The position numbers were made by a program, and so were the translations under genes. This document shows, piece after piece, positions 22,275 through 32,120 of a stretch of 64,000 nt of DNA. The stretch lies in NCBI GenBank assembly GCA_963674745.2, contig CAXXDV010000001.1, positions 2,592,001 through 2,656,000 of the forward strand, written 5' to 3'. A model generated the notes under the pieces. It ran no database searches. It saw nothing but the letters and a program-made list of their open reading frames with translations, and was not told the origin of the DNA. Source of the DNA: Desulfosudaceae bacterium (GTDB lineage: Bacteria > Desulfobacterota > Desulfobacteria > Desulfobacterales > Desulfosudaceae). Within the stretch, counting starts at the first letter, position 1; the number at the start of each line of letters is the position of its first letter.

Positions 22275-24854
22275 ATGATGACATTTATTGAGTGGTTGGA
22301 GAAGGTTGTTGCAGATTTTTTCGGCCGGATCGGCCAGTTGCTGATCGCCGTTTTTGGTAGCCGGAATGAGCGGGAATTGAAAAAGATCGCGCCCCAGGTG
22401 ACGGCCATTAATGATCTTGAACCCGCCCTGCAGGCCATGTCGGACGAAGAACTTAAGCGCCAGACAGATGTGCTGAAAAAGCGTTATCAGGATGGGGAAA
22501 CGTTGGATGATCTGCTGCCTGAAGCCTTTGCCACCGTCAGAGAGGCTTCTGTCAGGACGCTGGGCATGCGGCATTATGATGTTCAGTTGATCGGCGGTAT
22601 CGTTTTGCATCAGGGCCGGATTTCGGAGATGAAAACCGGTGAAGGTAAAACCCTGGCTGCCACGCTTCCGGTTTACCTGAACGCGCTTTCCGGGCGTGGC
22701 GTTCATGTGATTACCGTTAATGATTATCTGGCAACCCGTGACGCTGAGTGGATGGGAACGATTTACCGGTTTCTGGGGATGTCGGTGGGGGTCATCACCC
22801 ATGACATCAGCGATGAGGACCGTATTGCCGCTTATCAGGCGGATATTACTTATGGAACCAATAATGAGTTCGGGTTTGATTATCTCCGGGACAACATGAA
22901 GTTTTATAAGGCGTCTCTGGTTCAACGGGAGTTGAATTTTGCCATTGTTGACGAAGTGGACAGTATTTTGATTGATGAGGCCAGAACGCCGTTGATCATT
23001 TCGGGCCCGGCGGAAAAATCGACAAACCTCTATTACCAGGCAAATAATATTATTCCCGGACTCAAAGCCGAAGACGATTACACCATAGATGAAAAGGCCA
23101 GGAGCGTCACATTGACGGAAAGCGGTGTCGCCAAAGCGGAGCGCGCCTACGGGGTGGAAAATCTTTACGGCCCTGAGAATGTGGAACTTCTTCATCATGC
23201 CAACCAGGCGTTGAAGGCCCACAAACTTTTCAAACGGGATGTGGATTACATTGTTACGGATGATCAAGAGGTGGTTATTGTCGACGAGTTTACCGGTCGT
23301 CTGATGCCCGGGCGCCGTTTCAGTGAAGGCCTGCATCAGGCGCTTGAAGCCAAGGAAAACGTGAAAATCGAGAACGAAAACCAGACCCTGGCGACGATCA
23401 CATTTCAGAATTACTTCCGGATGTATGACAAGCTGGCCGGTATGACCGGTACGGCAGATACAGAAGCTGAAGAGTTTGGAAAGATTTACGGGCTGGACGT
23501 GATGGTGATCCCGACCAATAAAGCAATGATTCGAATTGATTATCCGGACGTGATTTACCGGACCAGGAAAGAAAAATACCAGGCCGCCCTGGAAGAAATT
23601 GTGGAACTGCATGAAAAAGGGCAACCGGTGCTGGTCGGTACGGTTTCCATTGATGTGTCGGAGCAGATCAGCCGGACGTTAAAGAAAAAAGGGGTCCCGC
23701 ATACTGTCCTGAATGCTAAACGACACCGGCAGGAGGCTGAAATTATTGCCAACGCCGGCCAAAAAGGGGCGGTGACCATTTCCACCAACATGGCCGGTCG
23801 GGGGACGGATATTGTCCTGGGCGAGGGGATCGTCGAACTGGGTGGATTGCATATTCTCGGCACGGAGCGGCATGAGAGCCGGCGAATTGACAATCAGTTA
23901 CGAGGGCGTTCCGGGCGGCAGGGGGATCCCGGTAGCTCCCGTTTTTATCTGGCGCTGGAAGATGATCTGCTGCGGATTTTCGGCGGTGAACGGATGGGCA
24001 GAATCATGAGCACCCTCGGCATGCAGGAAGGTGAGCCGATCACCCACGGCATGATCAGCCGGGCCATTGAAAACGCCCAGAAAAAAGTCGAAGCGCACAA
24101 TTTTGATATTCGTAAACATCTGCTCGAATATGATGACGTCATGAACGAACAACGGGAAGTCGTTTACAGCCAGCGGCGCACCGCACTTGACGGGGAAGGG
24201 CTGGGGGATTTCATCCTGTCCATGGTCAGCGATAAATGTGTCGATATTGCCGACCGTTATGCGGACAGCAGAGTCCCGCCTGAAAATTGGGATTTGTCCG
24301 GCTTGTCGGAAGCGGTTTATAAACAGTTCAACTTTCACCTGAAACTGGACGATGACCGTCTTGACGGGCTTGATGCCGAGGCATTGACCGATCTGATATA
24401 TGATGAATGCACTGTCCGTTATCAGGAAAAAGAACGACAGATCGGTGCCGATGAATTAAGAAAGCTGGAACAGATATTGCTTTTACAGACGGTTGATGCC
24501 CTGTGGAAAGACCATTTACTTTCCATGGACCACTTAAAGGAGGGCATCGGTTTGCGGGGTTATGCTCAGCAGAATCCCCTGATTATATATAAGCGGGAAG
24601 CTTTTGAGATGTTTGAGGAGATGGTCGAACGGATCAAGGAAGAGACCCTGATGATTCTTTTCAGGATACGGATCGAAAGTGAAGAAAAAGTCGACGCTCT
24701 GATGCAGCCCAAAGAACAGAATTTTACATTATCCCATGGGGATATGGACGAACGTAAAAAAGAGCCGGTGAAACGAAAAGAAGGCAAGGTCGGCCGCAAT
24801 GACCCCTGCCCGTGCGGCAGCGGAAAAAAATATAAGAAATGTTGCGGCGCTTAA
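22275..24854 (+). CDS. secA: Preprotein translocase ATPase SecA
   Basis: [50 protein letters not shown]. Confidence 0.98.
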   Translation: MMTFIEWLEKVVADFFGRIGQLLIAVFGSRNERELKKIAPQVTAINDLEPALQAMSDEELKRQTDVLKKRYQDGETLDDLLPEAFATVREASVRTLGMRHYDVQLIGGIVLHQGRISEMKTGEGKTLAATLPVYLNALSGRGVHVITVNDYLATRDAEWMGTIYRFLGMSVGVITHDISDEDRIAAYQADITYGTNNEFGFDYLRDNMKFYKASLVQRELNFAIVDEVDSILIDEARTPLIISGPAEKSTNLYYQANNIIPGLKAEDDYTIDEKARSVTLTESGVAKAERAYGVENLYGPENVELLHHANQALKAHKLFKRDVDYIVTDDQEVVIVDEFTGRLMPGRRFSEGLHQALEAKENVKIENENQTLATITFQNYFRMYDKLAGMTGTADTEAEEFGKIYGLDVMVIPTNKAMIRIDYPDVIYRTRKEKYQAALEEIVELHEKGQPVLVGTVSIDVSEQISRTLKKKGVPHTVLNAKRHRQEAEIIANAGQKGAVTISTNMAGRGTDIVLGEGIVELGGLHILGTERHESRRIDNQLRGRSGRQGDPGSSRFYLALEDDLLRIFGGERMGRIMSTLGMQEGEPITHGMISRAIENAQKKVEAHNFDIRKHLLEYDDVMNEQREVVYSQRRTALDGEGLGDFILSMVSDKCVDIADRYADSRVPPENWDLSGLSEAVYKQFNFHLKLDDDRLDGLDAEALTDLIYDECTVRYQEKERQIGADELRKLEQILLLQTVDALWKDHLLSMDHLKEGIGLRGYAQQNPLIIYKREAFEMFEEMVERIKEETLMILFRIRIESEEKVDALMQPKEQNFTLSHGDMDERKKEPVKRKEGKVGRNDPCPCGSGKKYKKCCGA

Positions 24855-24910
24855 GCCCGGCTCTGGGGATAATATGTCTTCTGCGTGGTGTTTCACATGT
24901 TTTTTCAGGC

Positions 24911-24939
24911 TTGATTTTTACCCGCCGGATGTATATACT
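24911..24939 (+). promoter_or_regulatory. Sigma70-like promoter for clpS-clpA-aat
   Basis: TTGATT-17 nt-TATACT. Confidence 0.55.
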
Positions 24940-25031
24940 ATACTATAGTATCAAGACAACTGCTGCTGATAGACAGGTTCACGCGTATTCTGACGGTCGT
25001 CATTCGTTTTAACAATTCGTAGAGTTTAATC

Positions 25032-25346
25032 ATGGGTGATCGAAATTCTGAAATCCAGCCCGGTTTTTTACCCACCACCCGTCAGCGGGTAAAGCTGCCA
25101 TCCATGTATAAGGTATTGCTCCATAATGATGATTACACGACCATGGAGTTTGTGGTTGAAGTTTTGCGGCGGGTATTCAACAAATCATTTGAAGAAGCGA
25201 CGATGATTATGTTGAATGTGCATCGCAGCGGGCTGGGTGTGTGTGGCCTTTTCACCTATGAAATTGCTGAGACGAAAGTCGACCTGGTTCATACCATGGC
25301 CCGGGAAAGAGGATTCCCGTTAAAATGTTCTATGGAAAGGGAATAG
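25032..25346 (+). CDS. clpS: Clp protease adaptor ClpS
   Basis: YKVLLHNDDYTTMEFVV, FPLKC. Confidence 0.96.
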   Translation: MGDRNSEIQPGFLPTTRQRVKLPSMYKVLLHNDDYTTMEFVVEVLRRVFNKSFEEATMIMLNVHRSGLGVCGLFTYEIAETKVDLVHTMARERGFPLKCSMERE

Positions 25347-25350
25347 TCGT

Positions 25351-27591
25351 ATGATCAGTAAAGAACTCAGCGCCACGCTCGGCTTTGCTGTTAGCGAGGC
25401 AAAAAAATACCGACATGAGTTCGTCTGCCTGGAGCATGTTCTGTATGCCATTCTTCACGACAATTCCGGTATCGAGATTGTTGCCGGTTGTGGCGGTAAT
25501 GTAGAAGAACTGAAGAATTCTCTGGAGATTTTTTTCAGACATAAGGTGGAAAGTGTTCCGCATGGTGAGGAATATGTTTTACAGCAGACGATCGGTTTCC
25601 AGAGAGTGATTCAAAGAGCGGTAAACCATGCCCGGTCGGCTGAAAAAGAAAAAGTTGTCGTCGGTGATATCCTGGCCGCGATTTTTGAGGAAAAATCCTC
25701 TCATGCGGTTTATTTCCTTGAAAAAGAGGGTATCACCCGGCTGGAGGTGTTGAATTATATCTCCCACACCCAGGAAAATATCTTTATTCAGGAATATCCG
25801 GAAGAAACAGAACGGACGACGGATACCGGTAAAAAGAAAACCCGCCTGGATCCGCTGGAAGTATTCACGGTTGAGCTGGTGCAGAAAGCGGCTGACGGTG
25901 AGATCGATCCCTTTATCGGCCGGGAACTTGAAATGCAGCGGACGATCCAGGTCCTCTGCCGCAGGAAGAAAAACAATCCGGTTTTTGTCGGTGATCCCGG
26001 TGTCGGGAAAACGGCCATTGCCGAGGGCCTGGCCCAGAAAATCTGCAACGGGGAAGTCCCGCCCATGCTGGTTGATATCCGGATATACTCCCTTGATATG
26101 GGGTCACTTCTGGCCGGAACCAAATTCAGGGGGGATTTCGAGCAGCGACTGAAAAAGGTACTCCAGGCATTAAAGAAAAAGAAAAACGCCATTCTGTTTA
26201 TCGATGAGATCCATACCATTGTCGGCGCCGGTGCTACCAGTAGCGGCTCCATGGACGCGTCCAATATTTTAAAGCCGGTGTTGTCCACCGGCGATATCCG
26301 CTGTGTCGGTTCCACGACTTATGAAGAATACAAAAATCATTTTGAAAAAGACCGGGCCCTTTCAAGGCGGTTCGAGAAAATAGAAATCAGCGAACCCTCT
26401 CCGGAAGACACGTTAAAGATTTTGAAGGGCTTAAAAGACCGTTATGAAGCACATCATGAGATTGTATTCACGGAAGCGGCTTTAAAAAGCGCGGTTGACC
26501 TGTCATCCCGCTATCTGAACGATCGCTTTCTGCCGGACAAGGCCATAGACGTGATTGACGAGGCGGGTGCCTATATCCGGCTTTCCGGCGGTGCGCACCG
26601 GACAAAAGTCAATCCGGCCGACATCGAGAAAATTGTCGCCGGTATGGCCAAGATTCCCTTACAGCGGGTCTCCAAAAACGATCGCGAACGGCTGAGCGGC
26701 CTGGAACCAGGACTGAAATCAGTGGTTTTCGGTCAGGATGAGGCTATTTCTTTTCTGACGGCGTCTATCAAACGCAACCGGGCCGGCCTGGCCAGGCCGG
26801 ATAAACCCATTGGCTCTTTTCTGTTTACCGGCCCGACCGGCGTAGGTAAAACGGAAATTGCCAGACAGGTGGCCGCCATCCTGGGTGTCAGCTTTTTCAG
26901 GTTTGATATGAGTGAATACATGGAAAAGCATGCTGTCGCCCGCCTGATCGGTGCGCCTCCGGGATATGTCGGATTTGAACAGTCGGGAATGTTGACCGAC
27001 CGGATCCGTAAGCATCCTTACAGTGTGTTGCTGCTGGACGAAATTGAAAAAGCCCACATTGACGTTTATAACATCCTGCTTCAGATTATGGATCGGGCGG
27101 TACTGACGGACAACAACGGTAAGGAAGCCGACTTCCGGAATGTGATTGTTATCATGACATCAAACGTCGGCTCCCGGGAGATCAGCAGCCAGTCCATCGG
27201 TTTCGGCAGTGACGCTAATGATCCTGCCGGTAAAGGGAAAAAGGCAATTGAGAACTTTTTTACGCCGGAATTCAGGAACCGGCTGGATGGAATTGTTGCC
27301 TTTAACGCACTGACGACAGAAATCATGGAACTGGTGGTGGACAAGTTTATCAGTCAGCTTTGTTCACAGCTTGCCACACAGAAAATATCGCTTTCCATTT
27401 CCCGGCATGCCAGGCGGTGGCTGGCCGAGGAGGGGCATGATTCGATATACGGTGCCCGTCCCCTGGAGCGGCTGATTCAGACAAAGATCAAGGATGTCCT
27501 GTCCGATGAAATTCTGTTCGGCCGCCTGGAAAAGGGCGGCGATGTTTTTGTCGATTTTGCCGAAGACACCCTGACGTTTGACTACAGGTAG
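25351..27591 (+). CDS. clpA: Clp protease ATP-binding subunit ClpA
   Basis: Two AAA modules ([16 protein letters not shown]), IGF loop, follows clpS. Confidence 0.96.
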   Translation: MISKELSATLGFAVSEAKKYRHEFVCLEHVLYAILHDNSGIEIVAGCGGNVEELKNSLEIFFRHKVESVPHGEEYVLQQTIGFQRVIQRAVNHARSAEKEKVVVGDILAAIFEEKSSHAVYFLEKEGITRLEVLNYISHTQENIFIQEYPEETERTTDTGKKKTRLDPLEVFTVELVQKAADGEIDPFIGRELEMQRTIQVLCRRKKNNPVFVGDPGVGKTAIAEGLAQKICNGEVPPMLVDIRIYSLDMGSLLAGTKFRGDFEQRLKKVLQALKKKKNAILFIDEIHTIVGAGATSSGSMDASNILKPVLSTGDIRCVGSTTYEEYKNHFEKDRALSRRFEKIEISEPSPEDTLKILKGLKDRYEAHHEIVFTEAALKSAVDLSSRYLNDRFLPDKAIDVIDEAGAYIRLSGGAHRTKVNPADIEKIVAGMAKIPLQRVSKNDRERLSGLEPGLKSVVFGQDEAISFLTASIKRNRAGLARPDKPIGSFLFTGPTGVGKTEIARQVAAILGVSFFRFDMSEYMEKHAVARLIGAPPGYVGFEQSGMLTDRIRKHPYSVLLLDEIEKAHIDVYNILLQIMDRAVLTDNNGKEADFRNVIVIMTSNVGSREISSQSIGFGSDANDPAGKGKKAIENFFTPEFRNRLDGIVAFNALTTEIMELVVDKFISQLCSQLATQKISLSISRHARRWLAEEGHDSIYGARPLERLIQTKIKDVLSDEILFGRLEKGGDVFVDFAEDTLTFDYR

Positions 27592-27674
27592 AACGAAAAC
27601 GATGTGGTAAGGGGGGGGCATCGTGTGAATATCGGACACCGTAATAACGGGTCCGTTCGATCCTATGCACAAAC

Positions 27675-28352
27675 ATGACGATTTTTCTACTGGATGGGGA
27701 AACCGTTGATTTTCCACCACCGCGACTGGCTGACGCCGTTGGTTTGTTGGCCGTTGGAGGGGACCTTTCAATCGAACGTCTTGTGAGTGCTTATCGTTCT
27801 GGTGTTTTTCCCTGGTTTTCAGAAGGTGATCCGGTCTTGTGGTGGTCGCCCGACCCCCGGCTGGTCCTGTATCCTGAAGAACTGAACGTATCGAAAAGCC
27901 TGCGCAGGGTGATTAATAAACAGTTGTTTGACATTCGTTTTGATACGGCTTTTGGTGATGTAATCGGGTTTTGTGCCCGGGTAAAACGAAAAGGTGTTCA
28001 AGACACATGGATAACAGCCGATATGATTGACGCCTATTGCCATCTTCATAAAGCCGGTCTGGCGCATTCAATCGAAGCCTGGCAGAACGATCAACTGGCG
28101 GGCGGTTTGTACGGGGTGGCCATCGGGCGGTGTTTTTTTGGAGAATCCATGTTTACCCTGATCAGTAATGCCGCCAAGGTGGCGCTTGTGGCTCTGGTGG
28201 ACTTTCTGAAACAGCACAATTTTTCAATGATTGACTGCCAGATGACCACTGATAATCTGCTTCGTTTTGGTGCCAGGGAGATCCCGCGGCGTCATTTTCT
28301 GGCGCAACTGGCAACGGCTGTGGCAGCACCGTCCCTAAAGGGAGCATGGTGA
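27675..28352 (+). CDS. aat: Leucyl/phenylalanyl-tRNA--protein transferase
   Basis: GLLAVGGDL, WWSPDPR, GGLYGV, FFGESMF. Confidence 0.96.
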   Translation: MTIFLLDGETVDFPPPRLADAVGLLAVGGDLSIERLVSAYRSGVFPWFSEGDPVLWWSPDPRLVLYPEELNVSKSLRRVINKQLFDIRFDTAFGDVIGFCARVKRKGVQDTWITADMIDAYCHLHKAGLAHSIEAWQNDQLAGGLYGVAIGRCFFGESMFTLISNAAKVALVALVDFLKQHNFSMIDCQMTTDNLLRFGAREIPRRHFLAQLATAVAAPSLKGAW

Positions 28353-28439
28353 GGAAAAAAAAGTGAATAAAAGGGGTTGGGGGCTTTTAAAATACGGTTG
28401 CCCGACCCATAAAAGCAGGTGTGTTGAAAAGGAGGCAAT

Positions 28440-29009
28440 ATGGCGAAAATAGTAGAGCGGAAATTTTACCTGTCGGAGTTCAAGGCCATCAGCAGGGCGA
28501 TTTCCAATTACGGGGATTTAAATGTGTTATTTACGCATATCCTCGACGGGCTGCACCGAACGTTTTCGCTGAAAGGCTGCTGTATCATGCTTTATGATGA
28601 ACGGGAAAAACAGCTTTTTCGTGTCAGAAGCGTCGGATTGAGTGAAGCCTACACCAGTAAAGGTCCGCTTCTGGCCAACCCCCAGGAATCGTCGTTCTTT
28701 AAAAAGGAACCGGTCTTTATTGAAGATATGCAGACCAGTCCGCTGATTGTTTACCCGGACGAGGCCAAAAACGAAGGCATCAAATCGCTGCTTTCCGTGC
28801 CCGTCATGTACGGTGATAATGCCCTTGGCCTGTTACGTATGTATACAGCCGAAGTACAGTATTATAATGAAGATGATATTGATTCCATCTCTACCCTTTG
28901 TCTGCAGTTGGCGGTTGTGCTTGAAAAAAACGGCCTGGAAAATTTTTTAGAGGGGGTAAAGATGGCCATGGGCAGTATCCCGCCCCGATTGTTAAAGGGA
29001 CTGCATTGA
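28440..29009 (+). CDS. Stand-alone GAF domain protein
   Basis: GLSEAYTSKGP, EGIKSLLSVP, GLLRMY; AGGAGG RBS. Confidence 0.85.
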   Translation: MAKIVERKFYLSEFKAISRAISNYGDLNVLFTHILDGLHRTFSLKGCCIMLYDEREKQLFRVRSVGLSEAYTSKGPLLANPQESSFFKKEPVFIEDMQTSPLIVYPDEAKNEGIKSLLSVPVMYGDNALGLLRMYTAEVQYYNEDDIDSISTLCLQLAVVLEKNGLENFLEGVKMAMGSIPPRLLKGLH

Positions 29010-29013
29010 TCTG

Positions 29014-29934
29014 ATGAAAAAAACATTTCGTCAGGTCAGCGATACCTCCGATTTTTTTTCGATTGATAAAGGAGATGTCCTTGTCATCGGGGAAAGGCAG
29101 TATGAAATTCTCGGGCACGCGCGGGAACTCCGATTCGGAATTGAGGACCCTAAGTTCTGGGTGAAACGGGTGGTTGATCTGTCCACCCGCGAAAGAAAGC
29201 TGATAAAACTGGCTTTCTTTGAATCATTTGAGGCGTCGTTGGGGGGCGTAAAAATCAAATGCTTCAGGGATCCGGATAAGGAAGGCAAAATTCTTTCACT
29301 GGTCAAGGGACATCCCGATTTCATGCAGGGAGAAGTGTTTCATGACGAGAACGGTAATAATATCAGAGTGCTGGACATTGTTCGGGGGGAGAATTTCATG
29401 CAGCATATCGGCACATTCTCAATGCCGTATGAAAAATATTTTCGAAATGTATTGCCGGGTGTCTTAAAGCATCTGGTCCGGGCACTTGAGGCCATCCGGT
29501 TTTTGCATGTTAATGGCTTTAAGCACGGTGATATCAGAAACGATCACATTATTGTGGAGAAACTGACAGGAAATTACGTCTGGATCGATTTTGATTATGA
29601 TTTTCAGGCTACTGAGAACCCCTTCAGCCTGGATATTTTCGGTTTAGGCAACGTTCTCAGTTATGCCGTGGGCAAGGGGTTTCATAATTATTACATGATT
29701 AAAACAGACCGTTTGAAATACGGAGACCTGGTGGACCGTTTGGAACCCGAAGATTTCGCGTTGCTGGATCCGCGCCGGTTTATCAATCTGGCCAAATTGT
29801 ACCCGATGATACCCGAGGCGCTTAACAGTATCCTGATGTTTTTTTCAGCCGGGGCAGCCGTTTATTATGAAACGGTTGATGAAATAATTGACGATTTAAA
29901 CTGGTTTCTGGACAACTCTCCATATTGTCAATAA
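29014..29934 (+). CDS. Ser/Thr protein kinase-like protein
   Basis: LIKL (beta-3 Lys), HGDIRNDH catalytic loop, WIDFD, DIFGLG. Confidence 0.8.
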   Translation: MKKTFRQVSDTSDFFSIDKGDVLVIGERQYEILGHARELRFGIEDPKFWVKRVVDLSTRERKLIKLAFFESFEASLGGVKIKCFRDPDKEGKILSLVKGHPDFMQGEVFHDENGNNIRVLDIVRGENFMQHIGTFSMPYEKYFRNVLPGVLKHLVRALEAIRFLHVNGFKHGDIRNDHIIVEKLTGNYVWIDFDYDFQATENPFSLDIFGLGNVLSYAVGKGFHNYYMIKTDRLKYGDLVDRLEPEDFALLDPRRFINLAKLYPMIPEALNSILMFFSAGAAVYYETVDEIIDDLNWFLDNSPYCQ

Positions 29935-29951
29935 ATCAGGGAGGTTAAATT

Positions 29952-30395
29952 TTGAACCTTTCCATTCTATTTGCGATAAACGAGTCGGCCAGCTCAAGAG
30001 CTGCAGTAAAGTTTCTGGCATCGCTTCCCCTGGAGCCGGAAGCGGTCCGTATCAAGCTGGTTCATGTGTTACGGAAACCCTCGTCCGGAGAAGAGATGAT
30101 GGGGAAAAAGTATATGAACCAGCAGGCGGAAAGATATACAGAAACGCTTGACAGGGCCAAAGATCAGCTTGTGGAGAACGGCTTTCTAGCGGAAAACATC
30201 GATATCGAGCTGGTGGCCGAACCCTATGACACGATCAGTGATGGTATCATGGATAAGTTTAACAACGGCAAATATGATATGGTCGTGATCGGCAGGAAGA
30301 AAATGTCCAAGGCGGAAGAATTCGTGCTGGGAGATCCGAGTGTCAAACTGGTGAGGGCGCTGGAGGGGACGGCGATAGTCGTGATTAAATCCTGA
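29952..30395 (+). CDS. Universal stress protein
   Basis: ILFAI..S, VVIGR, FVLGDPSVKLV; GGGAGG RBS. Confidence 0.88.
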   Translation: MNLSILFAINESASSRAAVKFLASLPLEPEAVRIKLVHVLRKPSSGEEMMGKKYMNQQAERYTETLDRAKDQLVENGFLAENIDIELVAEPYDTISDGIMDKFNNGKYDMVVIGRKKMSKAEEFVLGDPSVKLVRALEGTAIVVIKS

Positions 30396-30518
30396 ATGGC
30401 GTCTTAAAAAGCCCAACCTCTGCGTTGCGCTGCGTCTCTCGAAATTTCACGTACTATTAGTACGCTGTATTTCTCGAGACTTGCGCGCCTTGATCTTGAA
30501 CTTTTTACGACGCCATTC
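30394..30518. mobile_element. 125-bp MITE/REP-like palindromic element
   Basis: Terminal IR GAATGGCGTCTTAAAAAG / CTTTTTACGACGCCATTC (17/18), nested GTCTC..GAAAT/ATTTC..GAGAC and CGTACTA-T-TAGTACG. Confidence 0.7.
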
Positions 30519-30540
30519 GATTTTTGATTCTCTCCCGTTA

Positions 30541-31332
30541 TCATATTTCCTCGTTTTCGATTTTCTGACTCATCAGCCTGTAATAATCAATGCCCGCTGC
30601 AGCGAATCCTTCTCTACCGTATTTCATGTTGGCTTCTATTACGTAAAACCGGTTGCCCGATGGAATAATGTCCAATCCGACATCGTTCCAGCCGCATGTC
30701 CGGGCGGTTCGCAAGGCAAGATCGGCGGCTTCGTCAGGGATGGAAGCCAGGCTGATCGTCGCTCCGGCCGCCACGTTGTTCCTGAATTCTCCCGGTGAGG
30801 CAATGCGCCAGTAGGCGTGAGCGATCGTATCCCCGATAATCACCACCCTGATATCCCTGTCTGCTTCAAGATATTCCTGTATATAGGCCGGCCGGATTGA
30901 ATCGGTGTAACAGATCAGATCTTCGACGGTGTTGATCAGAAAAACGCCTGCCCCCCGGGCTGATCCCCGCGGAACTTTGGCGATAAAAGGAAAGGTAAAG
31001 TCCGCCAGAATGCTATCGATGGGTGTTTTTTTATAATAAATTTTCGTTCTGGGATGTGGCAGGGCGGCCATTTCAATCATGGCGGTTTGTTTGATTTTGT
31101 CCTGGGCACATTTATAGTTATGGTAAGCGGGAAATGTTTTTTTGCCTAAAGCGTCAAGAATATCCGCGTAGAAAATGGTCGGGTAATAAATTTTGTCCGC
31201 TTTTTGAATCAGGGCGATCTCTTCCCGGGAATAATCGGAGAAACATGGCCGTACACCCAGGGTCATCACGTTTTCGCATCTTGCCAGTCGTCTTCCAAGT
31301 GCGATGGCTTTTTTTGAATATGTGCTGATCAA
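30541..31332 (-). CDS. RimK-family ATP-grasp ligase
   Basis: FPFIAK..GSARGAGV, YIQEY, DIRV, FRNNVAAG, GLD..VIEAN. Confidence 0.85.
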   Translation of the reverse strand: MISTYSKKAIALGRRLARCENVMTLGVRPCFSDYSREEIALIQKADKIYYPTIFYADILDALGKKTFPAYHNYKCAQDKIKQTAMIEMAALPHPRTKIYYKKTPIDSILADFTFPFIAKVPRGSARGAGVFLINTVEDLICYTDSIRPAYIQEYLEADRDIRVVIIGDTIAHAYWRIASPGEFRNNVAAGATISLASIPDEAADLALRTARTCGWNDVGLDIIPSGNRFYVIEANMKYGREGFAAAGIDYYRLMSQKIENEEI

Positions 31333-31352
31333 GTTTCGACCGGACCTTTTCG

Positions 31353-32120
31353 TCAGGAGGGGGTGGTCAATATGAATTTTTCAGCTTCGATGCCGGATTC
31401 GGGCCAGAAACGCTGGATGTCGATGTCAACGCTCTCATTCCGGTCGTTTCGAAGCGTGATGGATTCAGGTATGGTTGCCCCGTTGATCAGCCGGATACCG
31501 TTGAAATAGACAGAATATTCGGGCTCATGGCCACCGCCCTTGATGAATTCAATTTTGTGGGGCCTGCCGTTTGCTTTATCAAAAAAAATATTTTCGGTTT
31601 TGTCCGGCCGGTAATTCCTCAGATGGAGCATATAATTCCCGTCCGGAAGATCAATCCGTTCAGCCGTATCAAACGCATGCAGCGGAATGGCGCCGGCCAG
31701 CAGGTGACTCGCGTCGCGGATGGTCAGCGGTATGGAAATGATTTTTTCAAGGTTTACGCGTTTTGCTTTTCTTTTGTGCAGCCTGTGGTCTTCGCTGTGG
31801 GAAAGAACGTAGAACCAGGTGCCGTCGGCAGAAACCGTCAGCAGCGGGATTCCGGTAGGTGCCAGAAGTTCCAGCCGAATGCGGTCCGGCAGGTCGCATA
31901 ACCAGGCAAAGCGCATGCGGGGGATGGGAGATTCTGTTTTAAACGACATCATTCCGATGCCCTTGCATGCATTCAGCCGGGTGTTGATAAGGCGGACCTG
32001 TTCAAGCAATGCTCCGGCTGCCATGGAAACGCTTTTTTCCGGTTTGATCGAAAACCGTGCGCAACCGGTCACCATCAGTATAAAGACCAATGTGACGAAA
32101 AAGAAAAGCCTGCTTTTCAT
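31353..32120 (-). CDS. Lipoprotein, LolA/LolB-like fold
   Basis: Lipobox VTGC; RIRLELLAPTG; IPESITL. Confidence 0.6.
   Translation of the reverse strand: MKSRLFFFVTLVFILMVTGCARFSIKPEKSVSMAAGALLEQVRLINTRLNACKGIGMMSFKTESPIPRMRFAWLCDLPDRIRLELLAPTGIPLLTVSADGTWFYVLSHSEDHRLHKRKAKRVNLEKIISIPLTIRDASHLLAGAIPLHAFDTAERIDLPDGNYMLHLRNYRPDKTENIFFDKANGRPHKIEFIKGGGHEPEYSVYFNGIRLINGATIPESITLRNDRNESVDIDIQRFWPESGIEAEKFILTTPS

Noticed and set aside
22143..23624. 493-aa minus-strand ORF and similar long antisense ORFs (6579-7376, 5586-6359, 34407-35018)
   Set aside because: Antisense shadows of well-conserved genes, with no recognisable motifs.
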